DNA of 64,000 nt from Candidatus Eiseniibacteriota bacterium (GCA_963717505.1 OY970342.1:3104001-3168000), one strand, 5' to 3'; shown: positions 9,440-19,873, numbered from the stretch's first letter. Numbers and translations are program-made. The notes: generated by a model not told the origin, from the letters alone.

Positions 9440-11788
9440 ATGACGCTCGCACCCACGACACCGCTCGCCTACGCGGCAGAGGATCTGAACGATCCCGCCG
9501 CGGTGTCGCGGGGGTTGCGCGCACGCGGCGTGGCGCTCGACGCCGAGGAGGTCGTGTTGCTGCCGCGACTCCTGGGTCGCCCGCCGACCTGGGCCGAGGC
9601 GGTGTTGTTCGGGATCCTGTGGAGCGAGCACTGCTCGTACAAGTCGACGCGACATCTGTTGCGGCGCCTGCCGACCCGCGCCCCGCAGGTGCTCCTCGGA
9701 CCGGGCGAGGATGCCGGCGTCGTCGCGTTGCCGGTGCCGTGCGAAGACCTGGCGCTGGTCCTGGCGCACGAGAGCCACAACCATCCGAGTCAGGTGTTGC
9801 CGGTCGAGGGGGCGGCCACCGGCGTCGGCGGCATCGTGCGCGACGTCGTGTGCATGGGCGCCGAGGTCACCGGCGTGCTCGACGCGCTGCGTTTCGGCGA
9901 CCCGACGCGCGGCGTCAGGAGTCGCGACATCGTGCGCGGCGTGGTTCAGGGCATCGCGGACTACGGCAACGCGCTCGGTGTTCCCAACCTGGGCGGCGAT
10001 GCCTGGTTCGACGAGCGTTTCGGCGACAACTGCCTGGTCAACGTGATGGCGGTGGGCGTTGCGCCGCGCGACGGCATCCTGCGGAGTCGCGTTCCCGAGG
10101 GCCCGGGTCCGTGGGTGTTCGTGCTGGTCGGCAAACCGACCGACGAGAGCGGCTTCGGCGGCGCAGCCTTCGCGTCCGAGGACCTGACCGACGAGGACCG
10201 TCGCGAAGCGGTGCAGTTGCCGGATCCATTTCTCAAGCGGGTCCTGAACGTGGCGAATGCCGAGGCTTTCGCGCGCGTACGTGCGCGCGGCATACCGGCG
10301 GGGTTCAAGGATCTGGGGGCGGGTGGCGTGGCGTGCGCGACCAGCGAGCTGGCGGCCGCGGGTGGCCGCGGCGCGGTGATCGAACTCGAGCGTGCGCATC
10401 GCGTGGCGCGTCCGGTGCCACCCGAGGTGCTGCTGTGCGCCGAAACCCAGGAGCGTTATTGCTGGATCGTGCCCGAAGCGTTCGCCGACGAGCTGGTGAC
10501 GCTCTACGAGCGCGAGTTCGCGTTGGGTGACATCTATCCCGGCGCCGGGGCACGGGTGATCGGCCGGGTCACCGACCACGGGCGCTACCGTGTGGAGTGG
10601 GGTGGTGAGGCGATCGTCGACTGCCCGGTCGAGGCGATCACCGAGGGGCGTCGCGTCGATCGGCCCGCGCGCCGTCGGGCGCCGGCGCCGCCGCGCAAGC
10701 CGCGACGGGCCACGGTGTCGCCGCACGAAGCACTGCTGCGCCTGCTGTCGTCGCACAACGGCTGTTCGCGCGAGTATCTCTACCGCCACTACGACAGCGA
10801 GGTTCAAGGACGCACCTGGCTCAGGCCGGGCGAAGGCGATGCGGTCGTGTTCACGCCGGCGCGCGGACGTCCGCTCGGCGTCGCGCTGGCGATCGGCGGC
10901 AATCCGCACTGGTGCGAAGCCGACCCCGAGCTTGGGGCGCGGCACGCCGTCGCGGAGGCGGCGCGCAACGTGGCCTGCGTCGGTGGGCGACCGTGGGCGC
11001 TGACCGACTGCCTGAACTTCGGGAATCCCGAGGACCCGGAAGTCATGGGCGACTTCGAGGCGACGCTCGAAGGTCTCGCGGTCGCGGCCGAAGCACTCGG
11101 CCGGCTCGCAGCACCGGGTGCCCCCCTGCCGTTCGTGAGTGGGAACGTCAGCCTGTACAACCAGAGTCGCGATCGCGCAGTGCCGCCCTCGCCGATCGTG
11201 ATGTGCGCCGGGATGGTCCGCGACGCGGGGGCGGCGGTCGGCATCGGGCTGGAAACTCCCGGAACGTTCCTGGTGCTGGTCGGCGAGCCGCGCGACGAGA
11301 TCACGGGTTCGAGCTACCTGCGCGACGTCCTGGGCGAGACGCGCCGGACGGCTCCGCCGTCGCTCGACCTGGGGCGCGAAGCGCGACTCCAGGAACTGGC
11401 AGTGCTCGCGGCGGAGGGCGCCTGGGTTCAGGCCGCCCACGACATCTCGGACGGCGGCCTGCTGGTGACGGTCGCCGAGATGGCCTTGGCCGCCGCGGGT
11501 GACGTCGGCGCCGAATTGGATTTGGCGCCGCTCGAGGCCGCGACCGCACCGGCACTGTTCTCCGAGCGACAGGGCATCGTTTTCGCGGTGAACGTCGAGC
11601 GCGCCCCGCGGCTCTATCAGGCGGCTCGCGAGCGGTCGTTGCTCGCCTGGCCGATCGGCACGGTGATCAAGGGGCGGAGTCTGGGCGTCCAGACCGGCGA
11701 GGGCGAACGAATCCGCTGGTCGCTCGACGAGCTGGCCGCCGCCGCCGCCGCGCCGCTGCCGAAATTGTGGAACGAGGAGATCGAGTGA
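9440..11788 (+). CDS. purL: Phosphoribosylformylglycinamidine synthase, small PurL subunit
   Basis: WSEHCSYKS, ESHNHPS, GAATGVGGIVRD, DLGAGG, DCLNFGNP, VSGNVSLYN, HDISDGG. Confidence 0.97.
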   Translation: MTLAPTTPLAYAAEDLNDPAAVSRGLRARGVALDAEEVVLLPRLLGRPPTWAEAVLFGILWSEHCSYKSTRHLLRRLPTRAPQVLLGPGEDAGVVALPVPCEDLALVLAHESHNHPSQVLPVEGAATGVGGIVRDVVCMGAEVTGVLDALRFGDPTRGVRSRDIVRGVVQGIADYGNALGVPNLGGDAWFDERFGDNCLVNVMAVGVAPRDGILRSRVPEGPGPWVFVLVGKPTDESGFGGAAFASEDLTDEDRREAVQLPDPFLKRVLNVANAEAFARVRARGIPAGFKDLGAGGVACATSELAAAGGRGAVIELERAHRVARPVPPEVLLCAETQERYCWIVPEAFADELVTLYEREFALGDIYPGAGARVIGRVTDHGRYRVEWGGEAIVDCPVEAITEGRRVDRPARRRAPAPPRKPRRATVSPHEALLRLLSSHNGCSREYLYRHYDSEVQGRTWLRPGEGDAVVFTPARGRPLGVALAIGGNPHWCEADPELGARHAVAEAARNVACVGGRPWALTDCLNFGNPEDPEVMGDFEATLEGLAVAAEALGRLAAPGAPLPFVSGNVSLYNQSRDRAVPPSPIVMCAGMVRDAGAAVGIGLETPGTFLVLVGEPRDEITGSSYLRDVLGETRRTAPPSLDLGREARLQELAVLAAEGAWVQAAHDISDGGLLVTVAEMALAAAGDVGAELDLAPLEAATAPALFSERQGIVFAVNVERAPRLYQAARERSLLAWPIGTVIKGRSLGVQTGEGERIRWSLDELAAAAAAPLPKLWNEEIE

Positions 11789-12603
11789 TGAGCCGCCCCA
11801 AGATCGCGGTCATCCAGTTCCCCGGCGTCAACTGTGAAGCCGAGACCGTTCGCGCGGCCGAGCGTTGCGGGCTCGACGCCGAGGTGTTCCGCTGGACGCG
11901 CCCGGCCGCCGAGCTCGGCACCTACGCGGCCTATGTGTTGCCCGGCGGATTCTCCTATCAGGATCGTGTGCGCGCGGGTGCTATGGCCGCGAAGGATCCG
12001 CTGGTCGAGGTGCTCGCCGACCAGGCTCTTCGCGGCTGTCCGGTGCTCGGCATCTGTAATGGCGCACAAGTGCTGGTCGAGGCCGGCCTGGTTCCGGGCG
12101 GCGGGACCGTCGAGCTGGCGCTCGCGCGCAACCGGATGCCGGATCGCAGCGGCTACCATGCGCGGTGGATTCACGTGCGGGTCGAGACCTCGGCGTGCAT
12201 ATTCACGCGACACCTGACGCCGGGCGAGGTGCTGCCCTTGCCGGTCGCGCACGGCGAGGGTCGTTTCACCGGCGCCCCGGGACGGATGGCGTCACTTGCG
12301 GCCCGAGGACAGGTGGCACTTCGCTACACGACCTCGGAGGGTGGCGACGCGCGTGGATTCCCCGACAATCCGAACGGCGCCGAGGCCGATGCCGCCGCGG
12401 TGTGCAATGGCGCCGGCAACGTGCTGGCGATCATGCCGCATCCCGAGCGCGCCCAGGATCTGGGCGGGTTGTGGCGCGGCGCCACCGGCCGATGGGCCGA
12501 GGCCCGCCGGCGACTCGGGGCGGGGTTCGACGGCGCCAGCGATGCCGGCCCCGGGCTCGAGCTGTTCCGTGGGCTTGCCCGCCATCTCGAGGTGGGGGCA
12601 TGA
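11788..12603 (+). CDS. purQ: FGAM synthase glutaminase subunit
   Basis: FPGVNCE, LPGGFSYQD, LGICNGAQVL, AHGEG, NPNG, MPHPER. Confidence 0.96.
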   Translation: MSRPKIAVIQFPGVNCEAETVRAAERCGLDAEVFRWTRPAAELGTYAAYVLPGGFSYQDRVRAGAMAAKDPLVEVLADQALRGCPVLGICNGAQVLVEAGLVPGGGTVELALARNRMPDRSGYHARWIHVRVETSACIFTRHLTPGEVLPLPVAHGEGRFTGAPGRMASLAARGQVALRYTTSEGGDARGFPDNPNGAEADAAAVCNGAGNVLAIMPHPERAQDLGGLWRGATGRWAEARRRLGAGFDGASDAGPGLELFRGLARHLEVGA

Positions 12604-13208
12604 CCCTGGAGCGGAAACCGAGGGTTCCGCGGGTGCGAACCAGCCAGGCCTGGATCGAGCTCAAGGCCGACGATCCCGAGGCGGCATCGGCCCTGTGGGT
12701 GGCCCGCCACCGGCTTGCCGCAGGACGTGAGGTGACCGGGCTCAGGCGGTTCAGGCTCATCGAGTTGACCGGGACCTTGCCGACCCGGCCACGGGTCGAA
12801 AAGTTACTTCACGAATCCACACAGTTCTACAATCCTCATAAGGAGCGCTGCCACCTGCGCTCGAACCCGCGCGACCCGGTTCCGATCAAAGCCGAGGAGG
12901 ACCTGGTTCTGGTCACGGAACGAGGGGGTGAGCGCCGTACCGCAGCCGAGCGCTGGTGGCAGCACCAGACCGGGCGAGCGGTCGAAGTTCGGGAAGGGAT
13001 CGTCTGGGTCCTTTCGCTCGCGAGCCCGAGCAACGCCCAGAGGCGTTCACAGGTGGCCGAGCTGGCCGTGGTTCGCGACCGAGAGCATGGTTTGTTCTGC
13101 AATCCCCTGTGCCAGGATGCGCGCACGGAGCACGGCAAGCCGCCGCTGCCGTGGATCGGCGATGCGGCCGCACCCGAAGCGAAGGACGATGGGAAGGAGG
13201 AGCGGTGA
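12600..13208 (+). CDS. Divergent PurS-like protein of about 202 aa, apparently two fused PurS-like units
   Basis: Overlaps the purQ stop and the purF start. Has IELKADDPEA, FYNPHKE and LFCNPLCQD, resembling the PurS DP and NP motifs; about twice the usual PurS length. Confidence 0.6.
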   Translation: MTLERKPRVPRVRTSQAWIELKADDPEAASALWVARHRLAAGREVTGLRRFRLIELTGTLPTRPRVEKLLHESTQFYNPHKERCHLRSNPRDPVPIKAEEDLVLVTERGGERRTAAERWWQHQTGRAVEVREGIVWVLSLASPSNAQRRSQVAELAVVRDREHGLFCNPLCQDARTEHGKPPLPWIGDAAAPEAKDDGKEER

Positions 13209-14647
13209 ACGGCTGGACGCCCGACAAGACCTGGCGTGAGGAGTGCGGGGTGTTTGCGGCGGTCGGGGTGCCGCGCGCCGCCGAAGTCGTGTGCCTCGGA
13301 CTCCACGCGCTGCAGCATCGCGGCCAGGAGTCGGCCGGCATCGTCTCGTGTGACGCCTCAGGCGAGTTCCGTGCCGAGAAGGGCATCGGGCTCGTGTCCG
13401 AAGTGTTCGATGACGCCAAGATCGCCGGGCTGCGCGGCAACGTGGCGATCGGGCACAACCGCTACTCGACTACGGGCAGTCTGACCCGGGAGAACACGCA
13501 GCCGCTGATGGTGGTCTATCGCAACGGACCGCTGGCGCTCGGTCACAACGGCAACCTGGTGAATGCGCGCGAGCTGCGCGAGTCGCTCGAGGCCTCAGGC
13601 TCGATCTTCCAGACGACGCTCGACACCGAGATCTTCCTGCACCTGATGGCGCTGTCGGCGCACGACGACCCGGTCCAGGCGCTGATCGAGGCGGCGCGCC
13701 AGGTGCGCGGCGCCTACTCGCTCGTGGTGCTGACCCGCGACGCGGTGCTCGCGTTCCGCGATCCGTACGGCTTCCGCCCGCTGGTGCTCGGTCGCCTGGG
13801 CGACGGCTACGTCGTGGCCAGCGAAACCTGTGCGCTCGACCTGGTCGCCGCCGACTACGTGCGCGACATCGAGGCCGGCGAGCTGGTCCGCATCGATCCG
13901 CAAGGCGTGCGCTCGATCCGGGCGTTCCCGGCCGAGCCGGCGTTGCGCCAGTGCATCTTCGAGCACATCTATTTCTCGCGACCCGACAGCCGCGTTTTCG
14001 GGGTGACCGTCGACCGCGTGCGCCGCCGCATCGGGCATCGCCTGGCCGAGGAGCATCCGGTCGACGCCGATCTGGTGCTTTCGGTTCCCGACTCGAGCAA
14101 CTCGATCGCGCTCGGCTACAGCGAGGCCACCGGCATTCCGTTCGAGCTGGGCTTGATCCGCAATCACTACGTCGGGCGCACGTTCATCCAGCCCCAGCAG
14201 TCCGGGCGGGACTCGAGCGTGCGCGTCAAATTCAATCCGGTGCGCGAGGTGCTGGCCGGCAAGCGCATCGCTCTGGTCGACGACTCGATCGTTCGCGGCA
14301 CTACCAGCCGCAAGCTGGTGCGCATGCTCAAGAAGAACGGCGCGACCGAAGTGCACTTCCGGGTCGGTTCGCCGCCGGTGACCTACCCGTGCTTCTACGG
14401 CATCGACACGCCGAGTCGGCGCGAGTTGATCGCGGCGCTCAAGACCACCGACGAGATCCGCGACTTTCTCGGCGCCGATTCGCTCGGCTACCTGTCGCGC
14501 GAAGGCCTGCTCGCCTGTGAGCAGGAGAGCCAGAACTTCTGCCATGCTTGCTTCAGTGGCGAATACGCGGTTCCGGTCGATCCCACCGCCGGCAAGCTGG
14601 TGATGGAACAGATCCACGGGCCGAGGACCCCGGTTTCGAGCCGGTGA
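13205..14647 (+). CDS. purF: Amidophosphoribosyltransferase (propeptide and Fe-S type)
   Basis: WREE/CGVF, LQHRGQESAG, GHNRYST, VDDSIVRGTTS, PCFYGID, CHACF. Confidence 0.97.
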   Translation: MNGWTPDKTWREECGVFAAVGVPRAAEVVCLGLHALQHRGQESAGIVSCDASGEFRAEKGIGLVSEVFDDAKIAGLRGNVAIGHNRYSTTGSLTRENTQPLMVVYRNGPLALGHNGNLVNARELRESLEASGSIFQTTLDTEIFLHLMALSAHDDPVQALIEAARQVRGAYSLVVLTRDAVLAFRDPYGFRPLVLGRLGDGYVVASETCALDLVAADYVRDIEAGELVRIDPQGVRSIRAFPAEPALRQCIFEHIYFSRPDSRVFGVTVDRVRRRIGHRLAEEHPVDADLVLSVPDSSNSIALGYSEATGIPFELGLIRNHYVGRTFIQPQQSGRDSSVRVKFNPVREVLAGKRIALVDDSIVRGTTSRKLVRMLKKNGATEVHFRVGSPPVTYPCFYGIDTPSRRELIAALKTTDEIRDFLGADSLGYLSREGLLACEQESQNFCHACFSGEYAVPVDPTAGKLVMEQIHGPRTPVSSR

Positions 14648-14662
14648 GTCCGGCTCTACGGC

Positions 14663-14691
14663 TTGACCCGCGAGCCCGGCGTTCCTAGCGT
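14663..14691 (+). promoter_or_regulatory. Putative sigma70 promoter TTGACC-N17-TAGCGT for lysS-lolE-lolD
   Basis: Read directly in the purF-lysS intergenic region. Confidence 0.65.
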
Positions 14692-14730
14692 GCGTCGCTC
14701 GGGGTTGCCGCCGACCCGCCGGAGACCTTC

Positions 14731-16281
14731 ATGTCCCTCGACGAGCTGATCCGCCAGCGGCGCGAGAAGATCGCCCGTTGGCGGGCGATCGGTGTCGCGC
14801 CGTTCGCGTATTCCTACGATCCGACTCACCGGGCCGCCGAGCTCACGGCCCGCGGGGACGCCGTCACCCAGGAGCCGGGCGAGATCGTGCGCATCGCCGG
14901 CCGGGTGATGACCCTACGCGGTCACGGCAAGGCCGGGTTCGCGCACGTGCTCGACGGCACGGGGCGGATCCAGGTCTACTTCAAGGCCGAGATCCTTGGG
15001 ACGCAATTCGGCAGGTACGAATTGCTGGACGTCGGCGACTGGATCGGCGTCGAGGGACCGTTGTTCCGAACCCGCACCGGCGAGATCACCGTGCGCGCCG
15101 ACCGGATCGAGCTGCTGGCCAAGTCGCTGCGGCCCCTGCCCGAGAAGTGGCACGGCCTGCGCGATCCCGAGACTCGATACCGGCAGCGCTATGCCGACCT
15201 GTTCGTCAACCTCGAGGTGCGGGAAGTGTTCCGCCGGCGCGCGCGCATGATCTCCGCGCTGCGCTCCGGACTGGAACAGGACGGATTCCTCGAGGTCGAG
15301 ACCCCGGTCCTGCAACCGCTCTACGGCGGTGCCTTCGCGCGGCCGTTCGCGACCCGCCACCACGCCCTCGACATGGAGCTGTATCTCCGCATCTCGAACG
15401 AGCTCTACCTCAAGCGTTTGATCGTCGGCGGCTTCGAGCGCGTGTTCGAGTTCGCCCGCGACTTCAGGAACGAAGGCATGGACCGGACCCACAATCCCGA
15501 GTTCACGATGCTCGAGTTCTACGAGGCATTCGCCGACGTCGAAGGCATGATGCGGCGCACCGAGGCGCTGGTGGCGCGGACCGTAGCCCAGGCGAGCGGC
15601 GAGGGGCCGGTGCCCTATCAGGGCGCGACCCTCGACTTCTCGGCCCCCTTCCGGCGGCTGTCGATGCTCGACGCGGTCAGCGAGCGGGTCGGCGAGTCGG
15701 TGCACGACTTCGACCCGGCCCGCCTGCTGCGGCTTGCGGGACGCCACGGAGTCGCCCCTCCCCGGCACACGGCCCCGGGGGTCGCTCCGGCCCCGCCGTC
15801 GGGCGGCGCGCTGCTCGACGCCCTGTTCAGCGAGTTGATCCAGCCCGAGTTGATTCAGCCGACCTTCGTGATCGACTACCCGATCGAAACCTCGCCGCTC
15901 GCTCGCGAGCATCGCGAGCGCCCCGGCGTGGTCGAGCGATTCGAGTTGTTCGTCGCCGGCATGGAGCTGGCGAACGCCTTCTCGGAGCAAAACGACCCCG
16001 ACGCTCAACGCGCCGCGTTCGAGGCGCAGGCGGCGGCGCGAGCCCGCGGCGACGAAGAAGCCCAGCCAATGGACCTCGACTACGTCCGGGCCCTCGAGTA
16101 CGGCATGCCGCCGACCGGCGGTTGCGGCATCGGCATCGACCGCTTCGCCATGCTGCTCAGCGATCAGCGCTCGATCCGCGAAGTTTTGTTGTTCCCGCAC
16201 CTGCGACCCGAGGAGGGCCGCCCGATCGCCGACGACGCCGCCGCGGAGGCCGAAGCCGGGATCGAACCCGGCGCCCGATGA
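14731..16281 (+). CDS. lysS: Lysine--tRNA ligase (class II)
   Basis: PLPEKWHGL, RYRQRY, EVETP, FRNEG, HNPEFTMLEFY, ELANAFSE, YGMPPTGG.GIGIDR. Confidence 0.98.
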   Translation: MSLDELIRQRREKIARWRAIGVAPFAYSYDPTHRAAELTARGDAVTQEPGEIVRIAGRVMTLRGHGKAGFAHVLDGTGRIQVYFKAEILGTQFGRYELLDVGDWIGVEGPLFRTRTGEITVRADRIELLAKSLRPLPEKWHGLRDPETRYRQRYADLFVNLEVREVFRRRARMISALRSGLEQDGFLEVETPVLQPLYGGAFARPFATRHHALDMELYLRISNELYLKRLIVGGFERVFEFARDFRNEGMDRTHNPEFTMLEFYEAFADVEGMMRRTEALVARTVAQASGEGPVPYQGATLDFSAPFRRLSMLDAVSERVGESVHDFDPARLLRLAGRHGVAPPRHTAPGVAPAPPSGGALLDALFSELIQPELIQPTFVIDYPIETSPLAREHRERPGVVERFELFVAGMELANAFSEQNDPDAQRAAFEAQAAARARGDEEAQPMDLDYVRALEYGMPPTGGCGIGIDRFAMLLSDQRSIREVLLFPHLRPEEGRPIADDAAAEAEAGIEPGAR

Positions 16282-17516
16282 ACGTCTCCTTCTGGATCGC
16301 GGCCCGTTACCTGCGCACGCGACGCCACAATGGCTTCATCACCCTGCTCACCGGCATTTCGATCGGCGGCGTGGCGCTCGGGGTGACCGCGCTGCTCACC
16401 GTGCTCGCGGTGATGAACGGCTTCGAGAACGAGATCCAATCGCGGATCGCCGGCACCGATGCCCATGTCGTGTTGCTGGGGGCGGACGCCGCCGGCATCG
16501 CCGAGCCCGAGCCGGTAATCGAGCGGCTGCGAGCCGAGCCGGGCGTGGTCGGGGTGGCACCCTTCACCTACGTCAAGGCGATGGTGTTCCGCGAGGGCCT
16601 GACCGAGGGGATGGTGGTCAAAGGCGTGGACCTCGAGCGCGAACGCGAGGTCACGACCATCGGCCGAAACATCCAGCCGCCGCTCGACTCGATCCCGACC
16701 CATACGCCAGGAGGCCTGCCCGGCATCGTCCTGGGCTCCGAGCTGGCCGCCCGCCTGGGCGCCCGGGTCGGGCAGGCAGTGGTGCTGGCGACTCTGTCGG
16801 GGGCGCCGCAATCGGCGCTCGGCTTCGCGCCACGCCTCCGGCAGTTCGAGCTGGTGGGTGTGTTCACCTCGGGGCTCTACACCTACGACTCGAGTTTCGG
16901 ATTCATTTCGATCCCCGCCGCCCAGGAGTTCTTCCAGCTCGGATTCGGGGTGACCGGGATCGAGGTCCGGCTCGCCGACATGTTCGACGCGCCGCGCGCG
17001 GCGGGCGCTCTGCTGCGCGCCGCGGACCGGCGGGATCTCCGGGTCAACAACTGGATCGAGCTCAACCGAAACCTGTTCACCTGGATGAAGCTCGAGAAAA
17101 CGGTCATGTTCCTGATCCTGGCGCTGATCGTCCTGGTCGCGGCGTTCAACATCGTGAGCACGCTGTTCATGGTCGTGCTCGAGAAGCGGCGCGACATCGG
17201 CGTGCTCAAGAGCATGGGCGCGGACGCGCCGACCGTGCTGCGGATCTTCCTGGTCGAAGGACTGCTGATCGGCGGCATCGGGACCCTGCTCGGAGTGGTT
17301 CTGGGCGGCGTGCTGATCGCCGTCCTCCAGCGTTATCCTTTTGTCCGGTTACCGGGCGACGTCTACTTCATCGAGCGGCTCCCGGTGCGTCCCGAAGCCG
17401 GGGATTTCGCGGCGGTGATCGCGGCGGCGCTGGTGCTGTGCGCGGTCGCGGCCCTCTACCCGGCCTGGCGAGCCTCGCGGCTGGATCCGGTGGATGCGAT
17501 CCGCCGGCAGGCCTGA
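16278..17516 (+). CDS. lolE: Lipoprotein-releasing ABC transporter permease (LolC/E/F family)
   Basis: IAARYLR, VLAVMNGFE, VAAFNIVSTL.MVV.EKRRDIGVLKSMGA, YPAWRASRLDP; directly followed by lolD. Confidence 0.92.
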   Translation: MNVSFWIAARYLRTRRHNGFITLLTGISIGGVALGVTALLTVLAVMNGFENEIQSRIAGTDAHVVLLGADAAGIAEPEPVIERLRAEPGVVGVAPFTYVKAMVFREGLTEGMVVKGVDLEREREVTTIGRNIQPPLDSIPTHTPGGLPGIVLGSELAARLGARVGQAVVLATLSGAPQSALGFAPRLRQFELVGVFTSGLYTYDSSFGFISIPAAQEFFQLGFGVTGIEVRLADMFDAPRAAGALLRAADRRDLRVNNWIELNRNLFTWMKLEKTVMFLILALIVLVAAFNIVSTLFMVVLEKRRDIGVLKSMGADAPTVLRIFLVEGLLIGGIGTLLGVVLGGVLIAVLQRYPFVRLPGDVYFIERLPVRPEAGDFAAVIAAALVLCAVAALYPAWRASRLDPVDAIRRQA

Positions 17517-17540
17517 GCGCATCCAACGGAGCGGTCATCC

Positions 17541-18245
17541 ATGGCGATCCCGGAGCCGATAACCGAAGCGGGTCTGGCGCTGGAGGCGGTCGACGTGCGC
17601 AAGTCGTATCGCTCGCCGACCGGGGTTCTCGAGGTGCTGAGGGGAGTGGATCTGGCGGTGGCGCGCGGAACCGTGGTCGCGGTGCTGGGGGCCTCGGGCT
17701 CGGGGAAGAGCACGTTGTTGAACGTGCTCGGAACGCTCGACCGGCCCGACGGCGGCTCGGTGACCCTGCGGGGGCGGCGGGCGGATCGGATGAGCGATCG
17801 CGAGCTGGCGGCGTTCCGGGCGCGTTCGCTCGGCTTCGTCTTCCAGTTCCATCATCTGTTGCCGGAGTTCACGGCCGAGGAGAACGTCATGATGCCGCTG
17901 CTGATCGCCGGAACGCCGGCCGAGCCGGCGCGCGCCCGTGCGCGCTCGGTACTGGCCGCGGTCGGACTCGACCAGCGCTGGCTGCACCGTCCCAGCGAAT
18001 TGTCGGGGGGCGAGGCGCAGCGGGTGGCGGTGGCGCGCTCGTTGGTCGCCGAACCCGAGCTGGTCCTGGCCGACGAGCCCTCCGGCAACCTCGACCGTGA
18101 GGCCGCGGGGGTGCTTCACGAAACCATGATCCGGCTCGCGCGCGAGCGCGGGCAGACGTTTGTGGTCGTGACCCACAATGATAGGCTGGCCGCACTCGCG
18201 GACCGCGTGTTGATTCTCGAGGATGGCCGGATCCGACCGGCCTGA
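17541..18245 (+). CDS. lolD: Lipoprotein-releasing ABC transporter ATPase
   Basis: [44 protein letters not shown]. Confidence 0.92.
   Translation: MAIPEPITEAGLALEAVDVRKSYRSPTGVLEVLRGVDLAVARGTVVAVLGASGSGKSTLLNVLGTLDRPDGGSVTLRGRRADRMSDRELAAFRARSLGFVFQFHHLLPEFTAEENVMMPLLIAGTPAEPARARARSVLAAVGLDQRWLHRPSELSGGEAQRVAVARSLVAEPELVLADEPSGNLDREAAGVLHETMIRLARERGQTFVVVTHNDRLAALADRVLILEDGRIRPA
18160..18187 (+). promoter_or_regulatory. Possible internal promoter for mcsA-mcsB-clpC (TTGTGG-N16, extended -10 TGaTAGGCT)
   Basis: Lies in the lolD 3' end, built from rare codons (AAT GAT AGG), about 70 nt before the mcsA ATG. Confidence 0.4.
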
Positions 18246-18260
18246 GGAGACGTCCCGGCC

Positions 18261-18782
18261 ATGGTGTGTCAGGTGTGTGGCAAGAACCCGGCGACGGTGC
18301 ACTACACCGAATTCCATCACAACAAGATGTCGGAGATGCACGTGTGCAGCACGTGCGCCGAGGAGCGCGGGGTGAAGAACATCAAGGACAAACTCGACCT
18401 GACCCACGTCCTCGCCGACATGAACGACGGCATGACCCGCAACGACGAGGAGCGCGTCGGCGCCGTCCAGTGCCCGCGTTGCGGCACGAAGTATTCGCAG
18501 TTCAAGGAGACCGGACGGCTGGGCTGCGCGGCGTGCTACACCGCGTTCCAGTTCCAGCTGCGGCCGCTGTTGCGGCGGATCCACGGCGACACCCGGCATC
18601 GGGGCAAGACCCCGACCCGCGACGGCGAGGGGGCGTCCCGCTCGCGCCAGATCCACCGGCTGCACGACGAGCTGCAGCGTGCGGTCGAGCGCGAGGAGTT
18701 CGAGCACGCGGCCTCGATCCGCGACCAGATCCGGCAGCTCGAGTCCGAGATCAAGGCCGGCGGCGCGGCGGATCCGAAATGA
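18261..18782 (+). CDS. mcsA: Protein-arginine kinase activator
   Basis: Four CxxC motifs (CQVC, CSTC, CPRC, CAAC) and a C-terminal UVR domain (EEFEHAASIRDQI). Confidence 0.93.
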   Translation: MVCQVCGKNPATVHYTEFHHNKMSEMHVCSTCAEERGVKNIKDKLDLTHVLADMNDGMTRNDEERVGAVQCPRCGTKYSQFKETGRLGCAACYTAFQFQLRPLLRRIHGDTRHRGKTPTRDGEGASRSRQIHRLHDELQRAVEREEFEHAASIRDQIRQLESEIKAGGAADPK

Positions 18783-19873
18783 GCGAGACCCCGAATTCGT
18801 TCCTCGACGCGATGCTGAACCGGCCGAGTCCGTGGCTGTCCGGCGAAGGGCCGTTCTCCGAGATGGTGCTGTCGACCCGGATCCGGTTGGCGCGCAACCT
18901 GGAGAGCGTGCCGTTCACGCATCGCGCGCGTGAAGAGCAATTGCAGGGCGTGCTGGTCAGCGTGTCGAACGCGGCCCAGCGCTCGTCGGCGCTGCGCGAC
19001 GGCCTGTTCGTGCGCATGGCGGATCTGAGTCCGGTCGAGCGGCAGACGCTGGTCGAGCGCCGTCTGGTCAGCCACGAGCTGGGCGATGCCAGCCGGCCGC
19101 GCGGCATCGTGATCGGTAGCCTCGAACGACTGGCGCTGATGATCAACGAGGAGGACCACCTCAGGCTCCAGGCGATGACCCCCGGATTCCAGCTGGCCGA
19201 GGCCTGGGGGATGGCCGACGCCGCGGACGACGAGTTGGACGGCGCGCTCGACTTCGCCTTCTCGGACGAGATCGGCTACCTGACGGCCTGCCCGACCAAC
19301 GTCGGCACCGGGCTCCGGGCCTCGGTGCTGATCCATCTTCCCGGTCTGGTCCTGCTCGACGAGATCCAGAAGGTGCTGAAGAGCATCATGCAGGTCGGAC
19401 TGAACGTGCGCGGATTGTACGGCGAGCACAGCGAGGTCATGGGCAATCTGTTCCAGGTGTCGAATCAGACGACGCTCGGACGCAGCGAGCACGACGCCAT
19501 CGACAGCCTCGATCGCGTCACCCGCCAGATCATCGAGACCGAGGAACGCGCGCGCGAGCGGATGATGCGCGACGCGCGCGTGCAGATCGAGGACAAGGTC
19601 TGGCGCGCCTACGGCACGCTCCGTCATTGCCGGTCGATTCACACCAAGGAAGTCATCAACCTGTGTTCCGCGGTGCGGTTGGGCGTGGCGCTGGGGGTTC
19701 CGGGCTTGTGTCCGCTGCCGGTGGTCAACGAGCTGATGGTGGCGACGCAGCCGGCGCACCTGCAGCGGCGGTTCGGCCCCGACCTGACCCCGCCCGAGCG
19801 CAGCGTGTATCGGGCCCAGGTGGTGCGCGAGCGACTCGCGGCCGCCGAGCGCGAGATGGATTCGGATTCCTGA
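18779..19873 (+). CDS. mcsB: Protein-arginine kinase
   Basis: STRIRLARN, MINEEDHLRLQ, YLTACPTNVGTGLRAS, VRGLYGE, QVSNQTTLG. Confidence 0.96.
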   Translation: MSETPNSFLDAMLNRPSPWLSGEGPFSEMVLSTRIRLARNLESVPFTHRAREEQLQGVLVSVSNAAQRSSALRDGLFVRMADLSPVERQTLVERRLVSHELGDASRPRGIVIGSLERLALMINEEDHLRLQAMTPGFQLAEAWGMADAADDELDGALDFAFSDEIGYLTACPTNVGTGLRASVLIHLPGLVLLDEIQKVLKSIMQVGLNVRGLYGEHSEVMGNLFQVSNQTTLGRSEHDAIDSLDRVTRQIIETEERARERMMRDARVQIEDKVWRAYGTLRHCRSIHTKEVINLCSAVRLGVALGVPGLCPLPVVNELMVATQPAHLQRRFGPDLTPPERSVYRAQVVRERLAAAEREMDSDS

